Part shown: piece after piece, positions 34,686 to 42,477 of the stretch
How positions within the stretch are numbered: position 1 is the first letter of the stretch
How the letters are laid out: each line of letters opens with the position of its first letter
Source: a virus
Lineage: Duplodnaviria; Caudoviricetes
Direction: 5' to 3' (one strand)
DNA length: 42,477 nucleotides
IMG/VR virus record: IMGVR_UViG_3300032074_000011
Span: 1 to 42,477 of that record
Translations under genes and position numbers: made by a program
Notes under the pieces: generated by a model
What the model was told of the DNA's origin: nothing
The model's database searches: none
Seen by the model: the letters and a program-made list of their open reading frames with translations, nothing else

Positions 34686-35409
34686 CTTGTGTTTGTTTAG
34701 GGGTTGAAAGTGCTTTAAGTTGCTCCTCATACTTAAGGATCAAAGCCGGATATTTTGCATTATTTGGAAACTTGATTGCATTGGCTTTGTGCCTCCTTAT
34801 ATACCGCTGCACTGAGTTTATTTTTGTTGCCAGCTCCAGCGGATCTGCCGGCACCTCAAGCGGAGCCTCTTTGATCTCCTCCAGCTTGCCGGTTGCTTTG
34901 TACTGATCCACTTTTTGCCAAACCTGCATAATTTCTTGCTCCAGGGCAAGTATTTGCTGGCAGAGCTCCCGGCACTCTGCCTGGATCTCAAGAGCGTTGT
35001 CTTTTCCATATCTCTCAAGCTGCAGCCTTAAATACTGCATAGCCTTGTATTTACTTTTCCATTCAAGCTGCAGGGCTTTTTCCACAGGATCCTTTGGAAA
35101 AATAGGATCCTCATTTTTGGGCTCTGCTTTACCTGGCAGCTCCGGAGCCGGAGGCTGAGCCACTGGAGGAGCTGCCGGCTCTTGTTCAGCCTGGGTATCT
35201 GCAGCCGGTGCCGGGACCTGTTCAGCCAGGAGAGGTGCAGCTAAAGCTTGCAATGCCTGTAAAAGAGCCTCCTTGGCTCCGGGTGCTTTTTCTCCTTTGG
35301 CAAAGAGAGCCTTAAGCTCCGGATCATTACCAAAGAGCTTATAAAGGGCTCTGCCTACAATAAAATTTTGTGTGCTGTATGGCTTGAGCCAATTTATTAT
35401 TAATTGCAT
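34657..35409 (-). CDS. Conserved phage protein upstream of terminases
   Basis: First gene after late promoter 4; Pro/Ala linker and helical C-terminus. Confidence 0.65.
   Translation of the reverse strand: MQLIINWLKPYSTQNFIVGRALYKLFGNDPELKALFAKGEKAPGAKEALLQALQALAAPLLAEQVPAPAADTQAEQEPAAPPVAQPPAPELPGKAEPKNEDPIFPKDPVEKALQLEWKSKYKAMQYLRLQLERYGKDNALEIQAECRELCQQILALEQEIMQVWQKVDQYKATGKLEEIKEAPLEVPADPLELATKINSVQRYIRRHKANAIKFPNNAKYPALILKYEEQLKALSTPKQTQDGAAEKTTL
35081..35098. repeat. 18-bp palindromic element, inverted copy in coding sequence
   Basis: TCCACAGGATCCTTTGGA. Confidence 0.7.
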
Positions 35410-35413
35410 AGTG

Positions 35414-35450
35414 CTAAATTCAGGTGCTCAAAAGAGCCGGGAAAGGACAA
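35414..35450 (-). promoter_or_regulatory. Late promoter 4 (TGTCCTTT-N24-TTAG)
   Basis: 4 nt upstream of ATG 35409. Confidence 0.8.
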
Positions 35451-35451
35451 G

Positions 35452-35514
35452 AAAAAACCTCTCTGTAGAAACAGAGAGGGAAAACTATCTTATGACTAAC
35501 TGCTATGAGAAAGA
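35452..35514 (-). ncRNA. Candidate late sRNA A (~60 nt)
   Basis: Bounded by late promoter 5 and the terminator CCTCTCTGT-TTCT-ACAGAGAGG-T6; no ATG on this strand. Confidence 0.65.
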
Positions 35515-35516
35515 GC

Positions 35517-35553
35517 CAAAGCAATGAAATGTTTTTTCCTTTTGAAAGGACAA
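35517..35553 (-). promoter_or_regulatory. Late promoter 5 (TGTCCTTT-N24-TTTG)
   Basis: Same architecture as the other four; drives no CDS. Confidence 0.75.
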
Positions 35554-35554
35554 T

Positions 35555-35583
35555 AAAAAAAGCCGGCTTTGGTGCCGGCTCTT
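35555..35583 (-). terminator. Intrinsic terminator
   Basis: AGCCGGC-N6-GCCGGCT followed by T7. Confidence 0.7.
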
Positions 35584-35614
35584 TGGAATTTATCTGAGTT
35601 AAAAGGTAAGCTTG

Positions 35615-35632
35615 TCCGAAGGATCCTGCGGG
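35615..35632. repeat. 18-bp palindromic element (intergenic)
   Basis: TCCGAAGGATCCTGCGGG, identical to 372-389. Confidence 0.85.
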
Positions 35633-35650
35633 CTTATAAAGGATAAACTT

Positions 35651-35732
35651 AAAATAAAGCCACTGTAAAAACAGTGGCTCCCATAAAGAAATTTTAAAAT
35701 GACTTGGCTTAAATGACTTATCAGCTACAGGA
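35651..35732 (-). ncRNA. Candidate sRNA B
   Basis: CAACTTTG -7-like box; AAGTCATTT x2; terminator AGCCACTGT-TTTT-ACAGTGGCT-TTATTTT. Confidence 0.45.
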
Positions 35733-35758
35733 TAGCAAAGTTGAGCTTTATTAAAGGA

Positions 35759-35977
35759 TTACTGAAATAAATTACATAATAGGCAGATCAATGCCACGAT
35801 TGCAATAAAGCTGCAGGTAAATATTATGTTGTCATGCCGGCTCTCCGGCTGCTTATTCTTTACTCTCCAGTGCCAGCGGATATACAACCGCTGATAAATA
35901 ACAACAACAATGCAAACCACTGTAATTACTCCCAAAAAATAGGCTTGTATAAGATCAACTCTTTGCATAATCCGCAT
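35759..35977 (-). CDS. Small two-TM membrane protein
   Basis: Two hydrophobic helices; last gene of the tail operon. Confidence 0.55.
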   Translation of the reverse strand: MRIMQRVDLIQAYFLGVITVVCIVVVIYQRLYIRWHWRVKNKQPESRHDNIIFTCSFIAIVALICLLCNLFQ

Positions 35978-35979
35978 GT

Positions 35980-37857
35980 TTAAACAACGTCTATATAAAG
36001 CCGCTTGAGCTTGGCTTGTATAAAGTTGTTTTGAGAAAGTTTTTCAATAAAGCTCACAATCAAATGCGGTATGTTATTGATCAAAATTTTATCAGTCCAT
36101 TTATAGTTTGCCAGCTCATACAATGGCAAATTGAAAACCTGCGTTTTTACCTCTGCATATTGCATGTATTGGATCCATTTTTTAAACCAATACTCCTCAA
36201 TGCCATGCTCACTGCCATCTATCTCCGGAGCCTTAAACACATTGCTCCAGCCGTTTGCTTTGGTGCCATCCGGTAAAGATCTTGTGGAGCTTAAATAAGG
36301 ATAAGTTGCTTGCCCTTCGCTGCCATCAGCCATGCGCTCTTTTACCATGCCATAATAAAACAAAGTTCTTATCCCTCCCTCCAGGCTAAAGGGCTGAGAG
36401 CAATAAGGAAACAAGCCCCAATATTTTACACTTGCTGAAACGCCTCCTCCGGTATATTGGCTCCAGGTCATTGCAAGGGTGGTGCAATCCGTTTCAACAG
36501 AGGAGTTTGAGTTTTCTATTTCATCACTGTAAATATTATCTTTTACCGGAGCCCAAGCCCGGTTGTTGTTTTCATCTACAATTATTCCATAAAAAGCATT
36601 TTCTCTCACACAAAAAACGGCTGAGTTGTCATATATATCCGCTGCAGGTGGTAAGTTAAATTTACTGTCAACAATAATGCTTTGCTCAAGCTGTGAAATA
36701 TCTTGCTCACTTGCAATGCCATCATTGCCGGTAAAGTTGTTTTTAAAGGAGTATGTTTTATCATCCTCGCTAAAGTCGGAGCTGTATTGATCCTCTGCAT
36801 ATATGGTCCAATCTTTTACAGATCCTTGATCAATGCTTTTCAATGGAAACAACTTTATTGTTTTGGTGCCGGTGTCTGTCAATGGCACCCATCCATAACG
36901 CTTGCATATAGCCAGGATAAAAGAGCTTGCTTTTGTATTTTTTGGCAATAGATCCGCATACTTAAAAGTTAAGCTTGGTTTGCTGCCATGTGGCAAGCCA
37001 TATTGCCCACTTTGAGGAAAAGTGTATGTATCTATTTTAAAGTTGCTGAATACAACAAGCTTGCTCCAATCGCTCTCAATTAAAGAGGCATCCAGGCTCC
37101 AGCCTACAGCACTAAAGATCTTATTAAATGCAGCCTTTAAAAACAACATAGGGAAAACAGGTGCAAAGGGTGCAGCCAGGCTGTTAAAGTCGGAGTATGT
37201 AAAGCCATTGCCATCATTGGTATTGTTGGTGTTGGTGTTATAATAGCCGCCAAAGGGGTTGCCAGGCTGTCCCCAGGTGCGTTCCGGCTCTCCATCAATA
37301 ACGATCCTACCAATGGGGTTCATCCATGCGGAGGGGTTGCTTGTATCGTTGTAAATATTATTATTCCTTACAGGAGCAACAACAAACTCCATATTGCCAA
37401 GCCAGCTCTGTTGAAACGCTTGCCAATAGCCATTTGAGCTGTCATAAGGTGCGGAGGTGGTGTAAGGCTTGCTCCAGGTGCCAAGATCCAGCTCTTGCAA
37501 GAGCGTGTCTTTTATATCACTAAAAAAAGTGCTGAGCCCGGTTAACAGATAGCCGCTTGCATTGGTATTTCTTGGAGAGCTGTTTATTGCTGCACTTTCA
37601 ATCACAAGTGTTGCCTGGCATCTGTACGCATTATCTTTAATGATCTCCACAGCAAACTTTGCTTTTTTCTTTACTGATAAGGAGAAAAAAAGAGGACCTA
37701 ACAACCGGGCGTTTTTATCACTGTACACAATGGTTATTGGTGTGCTATATTCTGCAAGCACATTATCCATTAAAAATACCGGGCTATTTGCCTCAAGCTC
37801 TTGCTCACTCTGAGGAGATATATCAATAAACTCATTATTATATTTTATTCTCAGCAT
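35980..37857 (-). CDS. Tail tip/baseplate protein
   Basis: 625 aa; N-terminal pattern (ELEANSPVF...EYSTPI...N) typical of siphophage tail proteins. Confidence 0.7.
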   Translation of the reverse strand: MLRIKYNNEFIDISPQSEQELEANSPVFLMDNVLAEYSTPITIVYSDKNARLLGPLFFSLSVKKKAKFAVEIIKDNAYRCQATLVIESAAINSSPRNTNASGYLLTGLSTFFSDIKDTLLQELDLGTWSKPYTTSAPYDSSNGYWQAFQQSWLGNMEFVVAPVRNNNIYNDTSNPSAWMNPIGRIVIDGEPERTWGQPGNPFGGYYNTNTNNTNDGNGFTYSDFNSLAAPFAPVFPMLFLKAAFNKIFSAVGWSLDASLIESDWSKLVVFSNFKIDTYTFPQSGQYGLPHGSKPSLTFKYADLLPKNTKASSFILAICKRYGWVPLTDTGTKTIKLFPLKSIDQGSVKDWTIYAEDQYSSDFSEDDKTYSFKNNFTGNDGIASEQDISQLEQSIIVDSKFNLPPAADIYDNSAVFCVRENAFYGIIVDENNNRAWAPVKDNIYSDEIENSNSSVETDCTTLAMTWSQYTGGGVSASVKYWGLFPYCSQPFSLEGGIRTLFYYGMVKERMADGSEGQATYPYLSSTRSLPDGTKANGWSNVFKAPEIDGSEHGIEEYWFKKWIQYMQYAEVKTQVFNLPLYELANYKWTDKILINNIPHLIVSFIEKLSQNNFIQAKLKRLYIDVV

Positions 37858-37862
37858 TGCTT

Positions 37863-40004
37863 TTAAAAGTTTATAGTAATTCCGTTTTGTGTGCGTGGCG
37901 TTAAGCCGGTAATGGCATACTGTACAATAGTTGCATTATAGTTGGCATATCCCATGGCTTGAGATAAGCCAGCCTGGAAATTGGTGGTAATGGTGGTATG
38001 CTGTTCCACTCCGCTTACAGAGTAAGTAATATCAAGCTGCACTGTTGCATTAAATGGCATTTGTACTTGTACTCCTCCGGCTCCATCAGTGCAGTATAAC
38101 ATAACAGTGTGGCTGTCTGTTGCCGCTGCGCTGATCAAATAGGCTGGAGATAATAATACAGTGTTGGTGGTAATTACCTGACTTTGCCCATCTGAGCAAT
38201 TTGTTTGGATTTTACCATAATAGCTGCCTGGCTGCAGATTAGAGAAAATATGGTAAGGGGAATCAGCGTAAACGGTGGCTGAATTTATTGCCTGGTCGGA
38301 GCTGTTATATAACACAATGGTTACACTTTGCACTTTTGGATAAGAGCTTACAATATCCTGCATGGTAACGGTTGCCACTATGCTTGTACCGGTGCTTTGG
38401 CTAAAGCTGTACTGATTAACAACCGGGCAAAATGCCGGTGGCGGTGGCGGTGGCTCTTCTGCCGGAGCCGGTAGATCAATGTCCACACTTGCTCCGCTTG
38501 ATACGTTCAAAGGATCCGGATTGCAAATAGTGGTAATTACAAGACTATACAAAGTCGGTGGCACTGAAGCTGGAAAAGATCCCTCCAGTGGCTTTGTGGT
38601 AAGATCCCAGGTTAAGCTTAATGTCTCCTCAACAAAATTGTATTGCTTATTTACAAGAGAGGCTGTGTAGCTCTTTACCTTATTTACCGGAGTAAAGCCA
38701 AAGTGAATGTAATTGCTGCCGCTTGCATCAGTGCGAATATCAGCACTCAAGCCGGTAACATTCGCACAAACCGGAGGGGCAAGCCTGGAGTTATCTCCAA
38801 GAGCAAGAGTAATATCCGGGGTGTACACTTCATTTTGTTCGCTTAACTCCCACTCAATAGGAAACTTGTTTAAGCTGTCTCTCCGGGTGCCTAAATCCTG
38901 GCTCTTTTGCATGTTGAGCACTGGCACCCATCGCATAGAACTACGCATGTAAATGCCTGGAGAGGTTAACAGGTCGGTAAAGCTGTACTGCAGCTCCTTG
39001 CTCCTTAAATAACCAAGATCTCCTTTGTAATGCTTTTGCAACAATATGCCGCTGTAAAAATTCTCATGCTCCCGCACTCTTGCAAAAGGCTCGTTTACAT
39101 TAATACCTCCAAACGCCTCTGTTGTGGTGCGTTCAATCGTTTCTGTAATATCTCCTCTTACTCTTATGCTGTCAACTCCTCCCAGGCTGTTAAAGTAAAC
39201 AAGCTCATAAAAGTTATATAGTGGTCTAAATTCAAAGTAAAATTTATACTGATAATTCAAAGGCTCTCCCTCCTTTATTACACCAATCTCCAAAGAATAT
39301 AATTGATCAAGAGAGAGAGAGGTTGCCAAAGAGTATTTGAGCTTTAAGTATAGATGAATAATTAAGCCTTGTTGCGTAATTGGTCCTTGTATCTGTTCAA
39401 AATTGCCGTTTATATCAGCCACTCTATAACAAAGGATAAAATTTTGATCAAGATCCGGGGCGTTATAGTTGGGATTTAAAAAAGTAAGATAAGCCGCTTG
39501 ATTAGGATCTATAAAGCGGTTGCTTGGTTGCCAGGTCAAAAAAAAGTTGTTAGCCTCCCAATACTTAAAAAAGTTGTTCCTGGAGTGCAACTGCTTCTCT
39601 ATACCTCCCTTAATTACAAACTGAGTATAACCTTGCTCAGCCGTTATATAGTCTCTAGGTGTGGTGCCATCTTGAATAAGCCTGTAATGGATTGTATAAA
39701 TACCATATTGCTCCGCTGCATGCGTACTGTAAACACCTTCACTAAAGCTTGGCAATACATAGTTAAGCCGGCTGTTTAAAAGATCCTGTATATAGAGAAA
39801 TATTTTGCTATCCGGTGCCGGCTGCAACAGATAAGTTGCCAGCTCTTGCCATGGCTCCGCTGAGGAACTTGCAAATAATATTTTAACCTGTAATTGTCCA
39901 AAGGATCCTGCGGGTACTCCGGTTGCCTCCGGATCAAGCTGGAAAACATAACGAATATGGTTGAGGGAAAAAGATATATTATAAGGTCGCTCTATGATCT
40001 GCAT
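37863..40004 (-). CDS. Tail protein with C-terminal FN3/Ig-like domains
   Basis: YFNSLGGVDS motif; Cys-bounded FN3-like repeats (NLQPGSYYGKIQTNC) after a poly-Pro linker. Confidence 0.7.
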   Translation of the reverse strand: MQIIERPYNISFSLNHIRYVFQLDPEATGVPAGSFGQLQVKILFASSSAEPWQELATYLLQPAPDSKIFLYIQDLLNSRLNYVLPSFSEGVYSTHAAEQYGIYTIHYRLIQDGTTPRDYITAEQGYTQFVIKGGIEKQLHSRNNFFKYWEANNFFLTWQPSNRFIDPNQAAYLTFLNPNYNAPDLDQNFILCYRVADINGNFEQIQGPITQQGLIIHLYLKLKYSLATSLSLDQLYSLEIGVIKEGEPLNYQYKFYFEFRPLYNFYELVYFNSLGGVDSIRVRGDITETIERTTTEAFGGINVNEPFARVREHENFYSGILLQKHYKGDLGYLRSKELQYSFTDLLTSPGIYMRSSMRWVPVLNMQKSQDLGTRRDSLNKFPIEWELSEQNEVYTPDITLALGDNSRLAPPVCANVTGLSADIRTDASGSNYIHFGFTPVNKVKSYTASLVNKQYNFVEETLSLTWDLTTKPLEGSFPASVPPTLYSLVITTICNPDPLNVSSGASVDIDLPAPAEEPPPPPPAFCPVVNQYSFSQSTGTSIVATVTMQDIVSSYPKVQSVTIVLYNSSDQAINSATVYADSPYHIFSNLQPGSYYGKIQTNCSDGQSQVITTNTVLLSPAYLISAAATDSHTVMLYCTDGAGGVQVQMPFNATVQLDITYSVSGVEQHTTITTNFQAGLSQAMGYANYNATIVQYAITGLTPRTQNGITINF
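39897..39914. repeat. 18-bp palindromic element (in frame, PAGSFG)
   Basis: TCCAAAGGATCCTGCGGG. Confidence 0.85.
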
Positions 40005-40008
40005 GTAA

Positions 40009-40848
40009 TTACTTTTTGATTGTTAATACTGCCGGTGCAGGGGTGTTAATGATAATGGTATAAGCGGTGGTATAAGGGGGTACCTGATCCGCTTTAATAA
40101 TAAAATCGGTGCTCATTCTTAAGCCATCGCTCTCCAGGTACCATACCTGGAAAGTGGGTGCAGCTCCAAAGCTTGCCCTCCGGGTGTCATCCCAGGTAAT
40201 TACAAGCTCTTCCTCATATCCTTGCAGGGGTATAATTTCAGCGTTGCCGGCTGTAGGCTGTCCCGGATCCGGTGCCGGCTCCTCCTCTTCATCTGCCGGA
40301 GGTGTCTCAGTATCCGGATTACCTAACCAATGAGCCGGATCATACTCCAACTCAGCTCCGCTTTGGCTGTCTTGTATTTGGAGCTGCCAGCCATAAAGCT
40401 CATTCAGCTCCGGTCCTATCATTTCAATTTTTGCGGTTTCAAAATCAAAGTGGCAACAGGGGCAAGCCTCTTGATCATTCAGCATGTAGGATATAAATTG
40501 AGTAAGGACCTGATCAGCCTCCGCATAAGCTGCCTCTATTGCATCCGCTCTGTTGCTGTAAGCGGTGGTATCTGCTTTGCTCAAAAACCAAAGCGTTGTG
40601 TTTATTGTTTTGCGTGGCATTGCTCCTCCAACCGGGGCTTTATACCGTACATCAAAGCCCAAATGAGCCACACAGGGCAAATGGCAATACTCAACAACCG
40701 CACTGCCAAGCTCCTCCACATCATTTACTCTAAAAAAACTATTTCTATACTGATCCTCAGTGCCAGCAATAAGCATGTTGTGAGCAACAAGCTTGTTTTG
40801 CATGGCTATGTTTTTTATATAATCGGATCTATCTTTATAAGTGCTCAT
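40009..40848 (-). CDS. Tail terminator-like protein with appended C-terminal domain
   Basis: IGP...LYGW motif, acidic Pro linker, and C-domain shared with 15222-16010. Confidence 0.55.
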   Translation of the reverse strand: MSTYKDRSDYIKNIAMQNKLVAHNMLIAGTEDQYRNSFFRVNDVEELGSAVVEYCHLPCVAHLGFDVRYKAPVGGAMPRKTINTTLWFLSKADTTAYSNRADAIEAAYAEADQVLTQFISYMLNDQEACPCCHFDFETAKIEMIGPELNELYGWQLQIQDSQSGAELEYDPAHWLGNPDTETPPADEEEEPAPDPGQPTAGNAEIIPLQGYEEELVITWDDTRRASFGAAPTFQVWYLESDGLRMSTDFIIKADQVPPYTTAYTIIINTPAPAVLTIKK

Positions 40849-41636
40849 TGGATATTGGATTGCATTTTACTTTTTAACTCTTCTGCCTCTTCCAAGCTGC
40901 AAACAATTTCCATAAATGCAGTATGCAAGGGCAATAATTCTACCTGGTTAAAGGTGCCGTACTTGTCGCCGGAGAGGCTTCTTATCATTTTATAAAGCCC
41001 TTGAAAATAGGCAGCTCCGGAGGCATCGGAGCTGTTAAAGGCTGCAGGGTAAAGCTTTACAATATGCTGCCTGCAGCCATCATACCACAGTAACACTGCC
41101 AGCTTAACTGCCAGGCTCCACTTGGCAATTTTCTTTTTATTGTATGCTGCCTCCGCATAATTAAAAGCTCTCCTTATGTCTCCATCTTTGTTGAGCCTTT
41201 TATTGTAGTTTGCTTTTGGGAGCCGGTAAAGCGTTGCAATTAACTCATTAAGATCCTCAATATTGCTTGTTTTAGTGTAGTTATAGTAAGCAAGCTCTGC
41301 ATGATGAAACTCCGCTAAAACAATATTATCAAAGTCGCTTGCCGGTCCGTAAAAGCCCTTATAAGCCGGCAAAAGCTGCCGGGTTAACGTGTTGCTTTCA
41401 ATCCAGCTCAGGTGCTCCAAAGCTTTAAAGCGGATCTCTGCAGGTATGCGAACAAAAGCCATGGCTGATTTGCCGCTTAAGAGCTGCAAGATCCTGGCTT
41501 GTGTGTGCAGTGCCGGAGCCTGGGAGTGCAACAGAGCTGCCAGCTTGATCAAGCCCTTTTTGCTCAGCTCCTCCCAGGCTCCAGGTATTACAAAAGCTTT
41601 CTCTTTGCCTTTATGGTTGTATTGGATCCGGATCAT
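40845..41636 (-). CDS. Conserved phage tail-region protein
   Basis: PxxWEEL, FYGP, LIATLYR and KYGTF motifs. Confidence 0.6.
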   Translation of the reverse strand: MIRIQYNHKGKEKAFVIPGAWEELSKKGLIKLAALLHSQAPALHTQARILQLLSGKSAMAFVRIPAEIRFKALEHLSWIESNTLTRQLLPAYKGFYGPASDFDNIVLAEFHHAELAYYNYTKTSNIEDLNELIATLYRLPKANYNKRLNKDGDIRRAFNYAEAAYNKKKIAKWSLAVKLAVLLWYDGCRQHIVKLYPAAFNSSDASGAAYFQGLYKMIRSLSGDKYGTFNQVELLPLHTAFMEIVCSLEEAEELKSKMQSNIQ

Positions 41637-41639
41637 TAT

Positions 41640-42248
41640 TTAAACTATGTGCAAGGTTTTATCAGTTACATATTGCAAGAGCACTGCAGCTCCTACTTGA
41701 TCACTAACAAGCTCCGGATCAAATTTATTATCCTCTCCATACTTGCCCTTAGTATAAAAAGTGGTACCACTCCAAACATAAGGAGAGTAAATACCTCTTT
41801 TCCTATATCCTAAGCCGTTGTATAATTCAAAGCGGTAAAGGATCTCACTCAGGCTCCAGCTCTTGCACTTATTAAAAGCAATGCCTGGCATTGTTAAAGC
41901 ATCGGCTGCACTATCCAGCCAGGTAAAGGGCGGCTCTCCTTTTAACGGTCTGCCAGCCGGCACATGCGTTGTACGCTTGCTCAATGGATCTCCATTGTGC
42001 AGGTGTGTTTTAAAGTTGCAAGAGCTCTCCAGCATGTGCAAGGTGCCTGGCACATACCAAGGCATTAAAGGAGCAATGTTTTGGCAAAGCTTCTCATAAA
42101 GAGGCTTGCCGGAGAGTATCTTTTTTGCTGCTTTAATCGCTGCCGGTTTCCAATCTTCTCTTATTACATGCCGGCTCCATAGGTCCTCATAAAAGGGCTC
42201 TATGTTAGCCAGGGTTAAAGTGGGTAAAGGGTTTATGGTTGCTTGCAT
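41640..42248 (-). CDS. Endolysin, lysozyme-like family
   Basis: HMLES, LHNGDPL, EXYNGLGY, SPYVWSGT and YTKGKY motifs; follows the holin-like genes. Confidence 0.85.
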   Translation of the reverse strand: MQATINPLPTLTLANIEPFYEDLWSRHVIREDWKPAAIKAAKKILSGKPLYEKLCQNIAPLMPWYVPGTLHMLESSCNFKTHLHNGDPLSKRTTHVPAGRPLKGEPPFTWLDSAADALTMPGIAFNKCKSWSLSEILYRFELYNGLGYRKRGIYSPYVWSGTTFYTKGKYGEDNKFDPELVSDQVGAAVLLQYVTDKTLHIV

Positions 42249-42477
42249 CTGCTTTGCGTTTTTTTAAGGATCAATATTTTTTGTACGCATACAATGCCGG
42301 CTAATACGGTAAGTATTCCGGTTACTATAACAGAGCAAAAGAGATCTCTTAAGCTGTTTAAAGTGGCTTGCTCCGCTGCTAAGTCTCCAGGAGTAAGGGT
42401 GCCGGTGTACGGTGCTGCAGCTTGTGCGGAGCTGCAGCCGGTTAAGCCTGGCAGCAACAGCATGCACACAATAACAA
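42233..42477 (-). CDS. 3' part of the holin-like gene spanning the circular junction
   Basis: Same frame and sequence as the end of ORF 18-506; adds a C-terminal TM segment. Confidence 0.7.
   Translation of the reverse strand, partial: VIVCMLLLPGLTGCSSAQAAAPYTGTLTPGDLAAEQATLNSLRDLFCSVIVTGILTVLAGIVCVQKILILKKTQSRCKQP
42352..42477 (+). repeat. 126-bp terminal direct repeat, copy 2
   Basis: Identical to 20-145. Confidence 0.95.

Larger units (their letters stand above)
20..42351. mobile_element. Complete circular temperate phage (siphovirus-like, Bacteroidota host), ~42,332 bp
   Basis: Terminal overlap; terminase, portal, S49 protease, capsid, tape measure, lysin, repressor/cro, integrase and attP-like core are all present; no host housekeeping genes. 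Confidence 0.92.

Noticed and set aside
1152-42099. Numerous plus-strand ORFs antisense to structural genes (e.g. 1765-2220, 5575-5961, 40330-40995)
   Set aside because: Shadow frames of long minus-strand genes, with no motifs or start context.
690-42248. Stop-codon reassignment
   Set aside because: Standard-code ORFs are long and tile the genome; no suppressor tRNA.

Overview
This window is an apparently complete, excised and circular temperate siphovirus-like phage of about 42.3 kb. The host is inferred to be a Bacteroidota bacterium, from TAnnTTTG promoters, A-rich SD-less starts and Gln-start signal peptides. Bases 1-19 are Illumina P5 adapter, and 20-145 is repeated exactly at 42352-42477 (circular overlap). 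The minus strand carries the late modules: terminases, tail proteins, lysozyme and holin-like genes, a DUF6712-like gene, portal, tape measure, tail tube, capsid, S49 protease/scaffold and two signal-peptide-bearing fibre-like proteins. It also carries an early operon with a cro-like gene, an aberrant tRNA, paralogous wHTH proteins beside iteron-like repeats, an HNH protein and a GDSL esterase. The plus strand carries a repressor, a hicAB plus truncated higB/higA operon, a tyrosine integrase whose 5' end contains a tRNA-derived attP core, and a serine recombinase beside a cargo block. The most notable signals are: (i) five late promoters TTGTCCTTTC with an invariant 24-nt spacer to a -7 box; (ii) four short non-coding units ending in hairpins with a shared GT-pyrimidine-AC loop, including one under a late promoter that is antisense to start-codon contexts; (iii) a dispersed 18-bp GGATCC-centred palindrome, present both between genes and in frame inside genes; (iv) Sec-exported fibre-like proteins in the virion operon; (v) a shared C-terminal domain on two structural proteins. 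All product calls come from motifs and synteny read by eye; no database search was run.
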